Of a DNA stretch of 64,000 nucleotides, positions 12,449 through 38,724 are shown piece by piece (the first letter of the stretch is position 1; each line of letters opens with the position of its first letter). The DNA comes from Tubiluchus corallicola (lineage: Eukaryota; Animalia; Priapulida). The notes below the pieces were generated by a model, which did no database searches, was not told the DNA's origin, and saw only the letters and a list, made by a program, of their open reading frames with translations. The position numbers and the translations under genes are program-made. Where the stretch lies: contig JAQGDQ010000260.1 in the NCBI GenBank assembly GCA_030141605.1, positions 1 through 64,000 on the forward strand, written 5' to 3'.

Positions 12449-12560
12449 GTGTGTGTGTGTGTGTTGGTGTGTGTGTGTGTGTGTGTGTGTGCGTGTGTGC
12501 GTGCATGTGTGTGTGCGTGGGTGTGTCTGTATGTGTGCGTGCATGCGTATGCGCATGTGC
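12449..12560. repeat. (GT)n/(GTGC)n microsatellite
   Basis: Seen directly. Confidence 0.95.
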
Positions 12561-13186
12561 CTTATAGGAAGTCTGGATGAAAAAGTGTGTAAGTCAGCAC
12601 AATTTAGGCATAATACTTATAAAATTGTGCAAATGACAAATGACGGTATTAATTTAATTGCGAAAAAAAATTATATTTATATTATTTGTAAAATTACGAC
12701 GGTAATTTAATTGTTATGTTGAGGTCATTACATTCAATATTTTATGTACATGTATAGTAATTTGTATACATAATATAGTTATGTCAATTACACCAGTAAG
12801 TTGTCTTACATGATAAACTGATTAAAAAGTAGAAACACATCGACAACGATATCTAAAACGGCTAACATCAAATTTAACTGGAAGAATTGAAAAGTTGTTA
12901 TCTTACAAGTAAAAACTAAAATTGTTATGGTTTAAAGTATCTAAAAAGTTCATTGAAATTGCTCAGCAAAAAAGCACATTTAGATACATAAACTAGAAAC
13001 AAGTTACATATTACTTCTCGTCTAGAACAAGCAGACAAAAGTACAAGCATTAAAATGTATGTTTCGAAAAACTTAAATCTGCCATATAAGAGTTTCACCC
13101 AAACGAGGACAAGCTCTTAATATTCAGCTTGATAATCGTCTTCAATATGCCAAAATAAACAGACCTTATGTACTCATACAAGTGAT

Positions 13187-13450
13187 CAGTGGCGGCTCGT
13201 GTATAAGTACTGTGGAACTGCAGCACTCCCTATTTTCAATCGATAATATTCAATATAATAAGTCATTTTTCCTTAGTTCGATCTTTATACTGGCACGGAA
13301 TCAGAACAAGTGAGGGTAGTACTGTTTGCTTCACAGCCCAACACAGTGCGCCCCAGCAACAGTTGTGTGTTTGCAGGCATGTGCACGTCTGAACCCAGGT
13401 AGAGAAACTACTGTCACTCACACAGTTTGCTGTCAGTTGTCACGTGCTTA
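13187..13450 (+). mobile_element. hAT-like MITE fragment related to 17091-17972
   Basis: Starts CAGTGGCGGCTCGTGT and shares ATCGATAA..TTCAATATAAT.AGTCATTTTT with the reverse complement of 17900-17972. Right end not identified. Confidence 0.55.
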
Positions 13451-14907
13451 CCGTGAATGGATCAAGTATGAACTCCGACAACTTAGGCTATTAGTAAGCA
13501 AACAATTTTTTTTCTTTATGATTTCATCAAGTTTATGTATAAACTTTTGTATGTTTGTTTGAAATTATAATTATAAATGACAACATTAAAATATTTGTTT
13601 CATTTCACACATCTCTGACACTTTGCCATAGTCATACTGTCACTGGCATAATGCAATTGTAGTGATTAAAACAGGTCAAATAATGCTTCCGTTTATAGGA
13701 AAAAATGCCCTAACACCTGTTCTATCTCCATATTCTGAAAAGAACTTATATTAATTCTTTTTTAGATGTAATGGGTAAGTTTACAGTAAACTAGAGGCAA
13801 ACAAATGATGAAACTTTGCTGCAAGCAACAATAATTTTTTTACATGCTAATATACTAGTAAAACTGAAGCCTATGCCATTCCTTAACATCTTTCCTAAAA
13901 CTATACAGGATCTAATGTGTGAAATAATGGGTCTTTCCTAAAACACTCTTTAATCACTTTCCGCAATCTTGAAAAATTCAATTCATTAGCTAGTAAACTA
14001 CTATATGTACCACAAATTATACATTACTTTATGTTACATACAAAATCTTAATGCAAAAATAGTAATTAAATTACATGAATATCATTAAATCACAGATTTG
14101 AATACAGCCTACACTGAAAATAATTCACACAAATAAAAATTACTTACTTATAAAGTAGGTACAGTAATACTGACTTTTTTGATAACATCTAAAGATTTAA
14201 AAGTAATTATTAACAATAGCTTATGTACATTGCAATCATAAACTAGAACAACAGCAACACTACACTTGGCAGTAAATAAGACATTAAAATGACTTTGACT
14301 TCGTTGCTATAACTACATTTTTGTCATTATTTTTACACAGTTTTGTCTTAATTGGTATGAATACAGCACTGAACAGTGGACAGTAATGACTGGCAATTGA
14401 ACTTCTCTAAACAATGTTTTAACATTAACCTTTTGTCTCTGTCAAAAAATTGCTTACATTCTTCAAAAACAACTTGGAAATACTGACAGATTTTCATGTG
14501 CTTTGCCACACGTAACCCGAATAGTTACTTAGTTACACAGTTCTGATTATGTAAAAGAATTCCGTCTACTTAAGAACTGGATAGAAATTTGATTAGAAAT
14601 CATTGAATAAAATTCTCAAAAAGTACCATACAAGGATTTCAACTAATATGCTGTTTAGCTGGACGTAACTAATTAAGCACTGCCCAGGATTCTGAATGAT
14701 TGACCTTAGTCATAAGAAAGAGAAGATAACGCAGACAGGTTCACAACATGGCTACTACACTTTCACTACAATTTCTTTAGCACTTTGAATATAAGCACCA
14801 ATACAAGGAAAAATTATTCAGACGTTCTACAATTTATTTAAAATTAGACCGAAAGTTTTTCTCTGCCTTAGTTTTACGTATAACATAACTAAGCAAAAGT
14901 AATTCTT

Positions 14908-25907
<11,000 letters not shown>

Positions 25908-26750
25908 TTCTATGTGTGAGTCAACCTACTGAAAGAGCAAATCATGATTACCAAAACGTTTCACCAAGTTTACATTGTGCATTTCCACAACATGCCTCTC
26001 ACAAAATCCTCATTTTGTTACCATAACTACCATCATCAATGAGAGCTGAAGTTTTTCAGCTGATCTGCGCCATTAGACGTACTGATCTATAACATCTGCA
26101 GCCAGACAAACAACTTTGATTTCAGAAGAACGAAAGTATATCAAATTCTTCTACGAAGTGGTTTTTAGACTTTGAAAGGCACTTAGATTATATAAATAGA
26201 GTGATTCTGATAAGAAACCTGGTACATCAGTTCGGTATCATGTCTTGCTGAGATGTTATGCTTGCATCTTGCTTATAACACTGTGAATTTTGACAATGGA
26301 AAACCAATGAGCATTGTCATGATATATTGCACTGTGGTATAGCATCATTCTCTTCCCTCTATGTGCAACAGAACTTTTACAGAACCGCTTTTATTAAGTA
26401 AATAATTGTCACATTTGAAAAGATTAGATATTTGCCTTTAGTATTTCTGCAAAGTCTTTAGCAATCAGTTTTGCTAATACTGATATTTGTTTATTTATCT
26501 ATATTCACAGAATTTAGAACAGAAATTCTTAGAAGATCGGCAAATTTTAGTTTTTTTAAAAAGTTCTTAAAAATGTTACAATCAGCTATAGCACTATTCT
26601 CAAATGTTTAAAAGTTAGTTACTACCAAGAAACTACCAAGATGTAGAAAACCACAGTGTGATGCAATAGCTCAGTGAAATAATTTTTCTTACAGTACGCA
26701 CTTTAGCACTCCTTTGCAGGATCTAGTGAAGGAGATGTTTGTGGTGGGAC

Positions 26751-27180
26751 CAGGGCTGGATTACCCTATAGGCTAGTACAAGCTGTAGCCTAAGGCCCTC
26801 GAGGTAGGGCCCCCCGCACTTGAGGCACCCTGCCAAAAGATTTTCAAACATAGTTTTTTTGAAAAATGAGTATAGTATTTTAATATTTTGTATTGCCGAA
26901 TAATTCCCTAAACTGAAAATAAAATTTCAACTTTCAAGCAGGAGTCTGAAAACCCAATTGTAAAAGGGCCCCTATGTGTGACCCATTATTTGAGATAAAG
27001 GACCAGTGTTTGAGGCCTTTTATTTGAGACATGGGACCGCAGTTTCAAGCCCTATTTGTGAATCTTAGGGCTTCAGTCCATGTTTGTTCCTCATATTGAG
27101 GGTGAGTTAGAGAGTCGATCCGTCTGAATGGGCCCTATAATTTCATTAGCCACTGGCCCCAAAAGTCATAATCTCGTGGG
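26751..27180. mobile_element. hAT-like MITE relic (CAGGGCTGGATT..GGGCCC type)
   Basis: Left end CAGGGCTGGATT is shared with 46569, and GGGCCC subterminal motifs recur. Right end degraded. Confidence 0.45.
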
Positions 27181-28682
27181 ATTGAAGCATGTCTCATTAT
27201 CAAGGATATCTCTAAGTCTAAGATCAGCCAGCAAACTGGCAGAAACATCTCAGCTACACATATGGAACACATGGTAGCCACTAACATAAAATACGCTGCT
27301 CAATCCAGTTAGAATGAGATATTAAACCAATTTACAAAGCCATGTTTTGCCACATCGCTGCTTATGCAACACATCTATCAGGTGCCTAAAACTAATCTCT
27401 AACTTAAAAATTTAGTATTATTTCCCCGATATGTCAATTTTACGAAAAGCTGGTCAAAAATAAGGTGGGAATATTAAGTTCATACAGCATGCAATTACAA
27501 ACACAAAGAAGTAAAACTAGATTCAATTCAATTCAATTCAAAACGTGCATTTATTTCCATATTCATGAGGCAAGTAAATGTATTTAATTATCGCAATGGA
27601 AATAGGATGGCGAAAGACCAAGAAGGTCAACTAGTCAATGGATGTATGTGATTATTGGGATGACACTGTAGCTAATTCACTCATGATAGTAGTGAAATTA
27701 CATTATTACTATTTTACTTAGTAATCTGTTTAAAATTCACTAATCAACTTTAAATAACTGAAGGATGAAAATGCAATCAGAAATATCTAAACCTACAGGA
27801 AAATGATGAAGAAAAAGCAATAGTAAGTAAAAGCCAAATAAGGTGGTACAAATGAAATTAAAGATGATGTTTTTAATGATGATCTGCCTAGATGTTTCTA
27901 GGCAGATAAGATTTTAGCTTGCTGCTGATCAGTGACAGATTGAATATGCGGTCAGGTTGTGACTGGAGTCACTACACTCTATAGAATACAATTTTCTTAG
28001 TTATGAGATAGTTGATTTCTAATGACTAGCTTTAAAAACAGATAACTGCATAGAACAGTTGTTGTGCACTAAACTTTAGTGCTACTTTAGCTTTAAAGTA
28101 TCTTAGAAAGTGGAAAAAGTCTAAATATTAGAATTATAAACACCCATTCTACCTTGAACAGCATTACTGCTGAAGTTGGTAAGGAACATCTGAATATATT
28201 GAAATTATATATTGAATATATCAGAATATAATATATATTAAAACATTCTGAAACATAGAGTGATTTATCAATAATAAGTTATTGTTTTACAATTTTTATA
28301 AACTGTCACACAATTTTGTAACTACTACGCCATCTTTTGACGAAAAATACACTTTGCATGAAGTCCGCCACAATAATTTTTAAGCTTGTTCATGAAGTAA
28401 TGCAATTTGCTTTCACCAAGCTATAATTGTGCTAGTTCTCTGTATATATTTCACAAAACATAAAAGTGTTAACAAAAATTGCTTGAATTTTTATCAGTAG
28501 GCAAGCATTCTTTACAAGGCAGGTGCTATGATAGCCTACATTAATTTATTAGTAATTGATTTGATATAACTACAGCTATATTAAGCTTTAAGTTAAAATT
28601 TTAAATGCAATTTTCACTTTTCAGGGTGTTAATTGCCACTTTTTGGGGTGATAGTTACTACTACTAATCTGTTAATTTATAC

Positions 28683-28855
28683 AATTATTAAAAACTAATT
28701 AAAGGCCAATTCAATGAAAACATTATAACTAGCCTAGCTCAAAGCTATTATTAAGAACTAATTAAAGGCTAATTCAAAAAAACATTATAATTATCCTGGT
28801 TCAGTGCTATTACTAAGAACTAATTAAAGACCATTTCAATGAAAACATTATAATT
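28683..28855. repeat. ~60-bp tandem repeat, 3 copies
   Basis: TATTA.TAAGAACTAATTAAAG.C.A.TTCAA..AAAACATTATAA occurs three times. Confidence 0.75.
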
Positions 28856-29067
28856 TGCCAATCACCTGCAATGTTTGTGCTACATAGAGGCTGCTAAATT
28901 TGCCTCTCATGCTTTGCTACTGTACAGAGTTAAGCAACATTAACTTTTCGTGATAACATTGTACTCTGATTCCATTGTATTCTTCATGTGTAATGGTTTT
29001 GTAACCATTAAAGTGGACATTTTGTTGTTTTCACCAATTTCAAAAAAAAATTAGAATGTCAGGTAAA

Positions 29068-29315
29068 ATGCCTTATTGCTCTGCTGTGTTTGAATGTTGA
29101 GTGCAAAGTGGGAAAGAAGTTTCTCTACATTCATTCCCCCAATAAGGTGAAAAGCTGAGATAAGCAAGGGTAACTGAAAAAAGTTTTTCAACTAACCAAA
29201 AATGCCAGAATATGTGCGATCATTTTTGCATCTCTCTCAGTCTAATCATGTTTGCTTCCCAGATGCAATGCTCAAAAAAACATTTACTCTGAAGTCAGAT
29301 GTCGTAACAAGTGTA
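29068..29315 (+). pseudogene. Decayed THAP-domain coding relic (DNA transposon-derived)
   Basis: Across stops and frameshifts it reads MPYCSAVFEC*..EVSLHSFP..FQLTKNARIC-DHF..LKSDVVTSV, matching the THAP signature M-x-x-C..C..FP..ICxxHF..LKxDAVPS. Confidence 0.65.
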
Positions 29316-30654
29316 AACATTCCTGAGTACGGAAAAGTCTGCAGAGTGTAGGGTGAAGAGTTAGCAGCTCAAATTACTAACAAATGGCTGTGCAATAGTA
29401 GCAATTGTCACTACAAGTGCGCAAACACCATTTTTGCAAAAATTCAGGCTAAGAATTGTCTTTCAAGAAACTTATGCTAAACCACGTAGTGGAGTATGGT
29501 TTGATATGCTGGCTTAGGCGGAGTGACATCATCACTCAGTTATGTCCTGCTCGTGTTGCTATATACTGTTAGGTCTTCAAATATGATAAAAAGGAGTTTT
29601 TTAAAGCAATTCGTTTGCAAGGTTGCTAATAACATAGATAACACTGATAACAATATATCGTGTTAATAATGTGAACTATTAGCAACAACTATAACAAAAA
29701 TTGTTATAGTTATATAGCATTACAGTTGCACAGTGATATAGTTATACAATGGGACCACATACTACCTGTATTATACTAAACTGACACGTTGAGCTTTTAA
29801 TTGATGCTGACAAAGTCTTACACTATTTAACAAATTGTGGAATAACTAAACAGTGGCAAAACCAGTCAGTCTCTGGGTCCTGAATGGCAGGCAGTGCCAA
29901 GCACCCGCGAAGTGAATGGCTGCCCAGTTAAAAGACGGAAAAATAATCTGTTTGCAAATTATTAGCAAAATTACACTTTGCAGTGACTTCATTTATCCTG
30001 GGTAATTAGTTTCTTAAAATTATAGTTACCTAGCAATTTACAAATGAGGCCAACTTGTATAACTTAATAAGAGCGAATACATTAAAACATTAGTAAAAAC
30101 AAAGCATTAAAATTTTTTTAAAAGCTTTTACAAGAAATTTTCAGCACCCTGCCGAACGCAGCTAAATTTTAGCAACATCAAATCGGCGCTATGGGATATC
30201 TTCATAAAATTCCTTTTCGTATAAGCGCAGTAAAAAGATTTGAGTGACGTCAGTTTGCGATTTTGCACGTCTACCACACCTACAGCAGTTTTTTGCGTTT
30301 TCCTCGTTTTACAATCTTGTAATGTAACTAAAGCAGCATTTTTCGGTTAAATGACCATTACGGTGCTTTTGTAACAAGAAGGAACAGGTACTGAAAAAGT
30401 CAACTTCTAACAAACTTTCAAAAATAAAATTTACTGAACAGTTAGTGAGTGCATCAACCTTGAACCCTGCTGTTTTCACTTCATCGTCTTTCCTACGTAT
30501 ATTCACAAACGGTACACTGTACCTTGGATTAACTCCGACGCAGATGTAAGGGATCGAGTCTCTTACTCTTCAAGTCGGTGGTATTGTTAACCAAACACAA
30601 AAAGCTTAATTTAGCTTGTCCGGTCTTGCTTATAACTGACCAAATTAAAAGAAC

Positions 30655-31875
30655 ATGGTGCTGTCACAGAGGCAACGAGAAGAACTGAACAAAGCCATTG
30701 CTGATTACTTTAGCAGTAATGGATATATGAACACACTAAATGAATTTATTAAAGAAGCTGATATGTCTGGAGAAACAGACAAGAAATATGCCGGACTACT
30801 GGAAAAAAAGTGGACTTCAGTCATTCGACTACAAAAGAAAGTGATGGATTTAGAAACAAAATTAGCTGATGCAATAAAGACTAGCACGGAACCCTATAGA
30901 GAGCGATCACCTGGAGAGTGGATACCACGACCACCGGAAAAATATTGTCTTACTGGTCATCGAGCACCCATCACACGAGTAATTTTTCATCCTGTATTCA
31001 GTGTTTTGGTATCTTCAAGTGAAGATGCCACCATTAAGATCTGGGATTATGAAATGGGTGATTTTGAGCGTACCCTAAAGGGACACACTGACTCAGTGCA
31101 AGATATAGCATTTGATAATAATGGAAAGATATTAGCTTCATGCTCTGCTGATATGAGTATAAAATTATGGGACTTTCAAAGTTATGAATGTATGAAAACA
31201 TTACGTGGTCATGATCACAATGTATCATCAGTTCAATTCATGCCAAGTGGCGACCATATTGTATCAGCTTCACGCGACAAAACCATCAAGATGTGGGAAG
31301 TTGGGACAGGATATTGCGTGAAAACGTTTACTGGGCACAGAGAATGGGTTAGATCAATTCGCATTAACTTTGATGGATCGCTACTAGCTAGCTGCTCTAA
31401 TGATCAAACCGTTAGGATTTGGGTTGTGTCAACTAAAGAATGCAAGATGGAGCTACGTGAGCATGACCATGTGGTTGAGTGTGTGGAATGGGCACCAGAG
31501 GTGACCCATACTTCCATCTGCGAAGCAGCAGGTTCTGATATAAAGAAGAGTTCAAACAGAGCTGGTCCTTTTTTGGCTTCCGGATCGAGAGATAAAACCA
31601 TCAAGTTTTGGGATGTCAGTACGGGAATGTGCATTTTCACGCTGCATGGGCACGACAACTGGGTGAGGGGGTTGCGTTTTCATCCTGGCGGAAAATATCT
31701 ACTGTCAGCATCGGATGACAAAACCCTACGCATCTGGGAGATTAAGTTGAAGCGCAATTCTAAGACACTGGAAGCACACCAACACTTCTGCACTTCATTA
31801 GATTTCCACAAGAATGCACCATACGTCATCACGAGTAGCGTTGACCAGACGGTCAAAGTTTGGGAATGCCGTTAA
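30655..31875 (+). CDS. PAFAH1B1: Lissencephaly-1 homolog (LisH + coiled coil + 7 WD40; dynein regulator), intronless CDS, 406 aa
   Basis: [63 protein letters not shown] and C-terminal [11 protein letters not shown] are hallmark LIS1 sequences. Single uninterrupted ORF. Confidence 0.98.
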   Translation: MVLSQRQREELNKAIADYFSSNGYMNTLNEFIKEADMSGETDKKYAGLLEKKWTSVIRLQKKVMDLETKLADAIKTSTEPYRERSPGEWIPRPPEKYCLTGHRAPITRVIFHPVFSVLVSSSEDATIKIWDYEMGDFERTLKGHTDSVQDIAFDNNGKILASCSADMSIKLWDFQSYECMKTLRGHDHNVSSVQFMPSGDHIVSASRDKTIKMWEVGTGYCVKTFTGHREWVRSIRINFDGSLLASCSNDQTVRIWVVSTKECKMELREHDHVVECVEWAPEVTHTSICEAAGSDIKKSSNRAGPFLASGSRDKTIKFWDVSTGMCIFTLHGHDNWVRGLRFHPGGKYLLSASDDKTLRIWEIKLKRNSKTLEAHQHFCTSLDFHKNAPYVITSSVDQTVKVWECR

Positions 31876-34569
31876 CTGAGTATATCTGCTTCGCATCTGG
31901 GCTGCTGATAAATTTTCTGGCATTTTTGTTTTCACCTGCACAGTTTTTGCAGAATTTTGGGCCTTCGTATTTAGTATTGTGCGAATGACAAATTTCAGAA
32001 ACTGCATGATTAATTAAATAGGTCAGCAATTTCACAAAAAAACTCACTTATATATTTTCAGATTTTATTGCAACATCTTCTAAGCTTTTATCATTTTAAG
32101 ATTCATCGTTGTTTGTTCTGCATCTTCGTTAGTTCCTTACTATATTTCTGATTTAAATTCATTTCACGTATTCAAAATGTGCAGAATTATTAAATGCCAA
32201 CTAGATGAAGCGAAGCATTTTTGTTACGGATTAGTCAAACGTTGTATATATATATTAGGCTTAGTAGATTAATGAATTCTTGCCATTCTAAGCACTGACA
32301 TCAGTAGTTTAATTCACAGAAATTACTTTTAATGAGTAATTTTCAAGCATTTGAATTTAATTATGAATTGGTCTTAAGTACGATTTCTTTTCTATTCTGA
32401 CACTTACAGACTCTGCAAATTCTTAGCTGTAACAAATAGCAGTCCGCACTTAGAATGCATTTTTTATCTTTAGCGAATTTTTTTATTAAGCCCAAGTTTA
32501 TATTTTGTGCTAAAAGTTAATGTATAAAATATTGTAATATAATTTGCTTGAATATCTTTTTAATACAAAAGCTAGTTTGCTTATTTTCTGCTTAGTCATT
32601 ACGGGCTATAATTTTATAGTACCTAAACATGTAAAGTGTATATCTAAATGTGTTACTCATAATAAATATTTAAACTACTTATAGCAAGTTGCAGGATGCT
32701 CTGCATTTTCAGCTAGTAAATGAAACCAGCAACTGGCAATTCTAAGTGCTATGAAATTGTGTAATTTAGTAAAAAACTGTTAAATTGATTTTGACCTTCC
32801 AACTGCATCACAATTTTCAGGTGACCATGATATAAATTGGATTTTAATATTCCAAGGAAAATGTATTTTGTAAATATTACTCCAGTTTGTTGTATTTTTG
32901 GAAAACTGGCTTGTAAAAATACTCCAGTTTGTCGTTTTTTGAAAAATTGGCTTCTGTATTAATAAGACAAACAAGTTATAGTTGATTTATCAACTAAAAT
33001 GGCTGCCTTATAAAATTCTTACTTTCTAGTAGTTTGAAAAACTCATAGCTTTTAAATATTCAAAAAGAAATTCTAGTGTCGAAAAACTCGCAGTTTTTAA
33101 ATATTCAAAAAGAAATCCCAGTGCCGTCCTACTTTAAAACAGCTTCGTGCTTACGTCAGACATCATAGCTATTGCTGCTGCGTTTAATAAAATAAGGCAA
33201 AAATGTCTGCTAAATTTAATGTAACTGAAGTATTTATAAATATGCTCATGTTGCTGAACTATTACATTTTAGAAATATTCTAAATTAGATATCTGCATGA
33301 CTTGGTGTAAGCTGTCTTTTCAAAACTCAGCATAGTTCTTGCAGCATAGACCATGAAAGGCTTATATTTGATAAATGTCACAATTATACCATACTTAAAA
33401 TAGCATAGCATATAATTTGTATAGATTGTCGCATTGTTTAAAAGCAAATGGGTATGCTGGTTCATGTAGTAATAAATTTTAATATGAATTGTAAAACTGT
33501 AAACAAAAAATGAGACTAATTTTAAATTAACCTCACTATTAAGCACAATTTTTACATTAATGTTGCTCTGAGTGAGTGAAATAATGAAGACCCAACAGTT
33601 TTCGTTGTTACGAAATTAGTTTTTTATTTTGAAAATTATTGTAGATTTTGCTAATCATTAAGATAAGTTTGTTTAAACACAACCTTTTTGTATTATAATA
33701 GAACGCGCAGTTGTGTTTTATTCAGTTACCTCAAAAGACACTAAGTTTGTGTGGTGAGACACTAGAATTTATGACCAGTTGACTTACCACCTCTTACAGC
33801 TGACCTTTTGGAACAGGCAGTATTTTTGCTATGTTGATACATTAGACATAACCATATTCGAATATTTGGCTGTCACTGCATTTGTACTTTCAAAGCGAAG
33901 CGCTCTGTAAGTGCATTCACTGGAATAAAGGTTAGAATATAGTGTATGACCTCAAGCACTTAGCAGCATCATACTACATTTGGAATCTGGTTGTGAATGT
34001 AAGTTTATCATTAACTTCAGCAATAGCTTCTGTGGTCTTCAATGTGCTATATATTTACAGACATAACCAGTTCTTGCCGGTGTTTGCTTTAAACCATCTG
34101 TAACTATTTAAATACACTATACACTATTGCCATAGTTTATCATTGCAAAAATAAGTTACTGACATGTTATTATTCTGTGAAAATGTTGTACTGCTTTGCT
34201 ATTGTCATTAAATTCAACTGAAAACCACGTTGGTACTGATATGTTTTTGTTATAATTTTTTGAAATAGTATGAAATTTCTACATATCCCAGGCTATATCG
34301 TACTCACTATACAGCATAGTGGCAAGTGACCAGGCTATAAAGAAACCTTAATTAATTAAAAATGACCAATCGTATGACACAGTATAAACAGTTACATAGT
34401 TTATACAGTTCTTTAACAAATTACTTCGTTGACAAATGGTTTAATTTACGGTTTTCTCCAAAAATTTCTCAACAAATGTCCTGGCTTGAGGCAGTGTACC
34501 GTATAACTGCAACCTTTGAATGATGAAACTAATTTGTGATGGGGAAACCAAAGTTTAACAAGAAGTTAC

Positions 34570-34820
34570 CAGCTTCCCACATATGTATATAGCAACATGA
34601 TTTACTTCAGCAGCTGACATTTCAACAACAAAGCAAGATGTCATAATCACAAAATTCTATGGTCTTGTAACAAGATCTTGATATGATGTTGACTTGAGCT
34701 AAGTCAGACTTCATAATCATAGAATTTTGTGATTATGACATCTTGTTTTGGGACAATGCGACATGCTGAAATGTCAGTTGCTGAAATAAATAACATTGTT
34801 ATATGTGATGGAACTAGCTT
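34570..34820. repeat. Fold-back inverted repeat (probable MITE)
   Basis: Perfect 28-bp arms at 34634-34661 / 34718-34745, plus outer arms TTCAGCAGCTGACATTTCA / TGAAATGTCAGTTGCTGAA. Confidence 0.85.
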
Positions 34821-35023
34821 TCTTTATTATGGATAAGAATATTCCACAGTATCGCCTAAGTTTTTAATAATCAGTATGAATGACTAAACAAACTGGTTTG
34901 GAGTGGTTTTTTGAACATCGTATGCAAACTTATTATTCAGTAATGGAAAAGTTTGTTCAGTTTGGTACATTGAAATAATTGTACATCGTAGCCGTTTACA
35001 CAGAACTCAAGCAATTGCTATTA

Positions 35024-35488
35024 CAGTCAAACCCTTCGTACTGCCTAAACCCCTTTGTACCCCTTTGTACTGCCCTACTTTGGCACGGGAAAAAGTTGGC
35101 GTTATAGCGTTTGACGCTTTTACGTGGTATGTTAAATTGTACACGGGCTAGAGGTCTCAATTTTCACTCTAAAGGTTAATGAATTAAAAGAGTATTATTA
35201 AATTAGTCATTTGTGAACTAATGACTCATCAAAATCAATCATCTCTCTCAAGAACATTTTGTTTACATAATAAACGTGTTTTGTACTCAGCCATATACAT
35301 GCAATAGGCTATACGCCTACTACTCCACTAATCATGTACATGTATATGTAAAAAAGGTTAAGTCAACTACAAATTTCTTGCAAGTAATTAATGTTAATAA
35401 TTTGCCTTAATTTGTTCCTGGTCATTTTGCAAGCGGTAAGCCAGTTTGATGACCAGTATAACGGGGGTGGTATAACGAGGTTTGACTG
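35024..35488. mobile_element. Tc1/mariner (pogo/Tigger-like) MITE
   Basis: TA|CAGTCAAACC..GGTTTGACTG|TA, i.e. TIRs with a TA TSD. Internal sequence is shared with 45489-46323. Confidence 0.8.
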
Positions 35489-35848
35489 TATTTGCTTCCC
35501 AAAAACATATATAATCTACAACACAAAAATTAAGTGGTTATACAGTCAGTTGTCATAATGAAAAGTATATTTCAGACAAATACTGTAATGTTTAACTTGC
35601 AAACTTTAACAAAACTACTGTACTCACTGCTGGAAATTAAACAGTTTGGAGGAGATATTATAAAGGAATAAAATAAATGTGTTTATATTGTAAATCACTT
35701 TTAGCAATTGATTGACTGTAAGTGAATTTAGTGCAAAAATACTCCGGCGGCCACATTACGCAAATCATTTCACACTAAGCTGAGATACATAGTGAAGCCC
35801 GAATATGGTCTGAACAAGATTCTTTACCAACAAATTAAGTTATTTCAA

Positions 35849-37396
<1,548 letters not shown>

Positions 37397-38306
37397 TTAC
37401 CTCTCGTTGACTGCCTTTCCAAGATCTGAAAATAGGAAGGTACAAAAATATAAAAAATCACTTTGCATATTTAGTGAGAAAACATAAATACTCCTCTGTG
37501 ACTGATATAAGAATGTGACAGCCAGGTTTGCTCAAATCACTGCAGACAATTAAAAAACAAACAATCAAACAAATAAATAAACGATCGTATAATTCACAAA
37601 AAATATTATTTATAAATAAATAATAAACAAAAAATCAATTTACTCAAGGAGCAAAGTGTTCATTTTTCAGAAAAGTTTAATAATTATACATAATAGTTGT
37701 TTTTTTAACTTTTTGCTATTTTGCACCGATTTAAAGCAAAATGAAAGATTATCCATAAATTGTCTCACAGAAGTAGCATCTACACTTCTGTATTTTATAT
37801 TTAATATACTATATTATATTTTTATGTCAGTTTTATATACAGGTATCTTATTTTAGATTAGGGCCAAGTTATCAAGTTTCCTGCAATTATCTTTAACTCA
37901 GGACAACACTCCAAGCAGGTACCTGGCATTCAATGGCGAGGTCTATTTATCACATTAATAATTTCAGCTCGGCTGGAATCTAATTCATTATCAAAGATAA
38001 TTCTTCGTGATAAATAGACAAATTAATGATGAGATCTTGAGCTAAGAGAAATGTCTTAGTCAAGTTTGACAGAAAAAAATTGCAGACAGTTTGGTATATG
38101 TGAAATAGCCCAAAAGTAATCACTAATCACGCTCAACAGCCTATAGTTTATAAGCACTTGCTAATCACTACCACAAAGAAATATTATCAATGGTGACTTA
38201 AAATCTGTTCATACTCGTTATTTACTCGAAAGATTTGATATTCATTATTCAAAATATTTGGGGGTTTATTACAGAGCGCTACATGATCATGAATCAAAGT
38301 TGCTTG

Positions 38307-38724
38307 TAGGGCTGAGACAGTTAGGCTTTTTAATTAACCGTTTAAATGTTATTAATTGAAGTTGGTTAACTGTTGTTCCTGGTGACATCATACATTTATT
38401 CATTCATTCCTTGTATGAGTAAGTGGTGCACTTCAAATCTAGCATGTGTCAGTGAGAATGTCCAACATGGCGGCATCCTCATAACACGCGCGTCTGAAAA
38501 ACTTTTTGCAGTTTACCGTTAGATGAATTCAAACAATGTTGTAAACAGTACAATTTTGTGTAAGCGGGGCATTGCTAACTGCGTACGCTAACTCAAAATA
38601 GACATAATGTTCCATTACTACGGATATGTAGAAAACTTTATTAAGTAACGGTTAAGTGGTTAGTGATTTTCTAAACTGTTACACCAGCTAGCAGTCGGTT
38701 ACATGGTTAACCGTTTCAGCCTTA
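38307..38724. mobile_element. hAT-type MITE
   Basis: TIRs TAGGGCTGAGACAGTTA / TAACCGTTTCAGCCTTA with a perfect 8-bp TSD GTTGCTTG (38299-38306 / 38725-38732). Confidence 0.85.
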
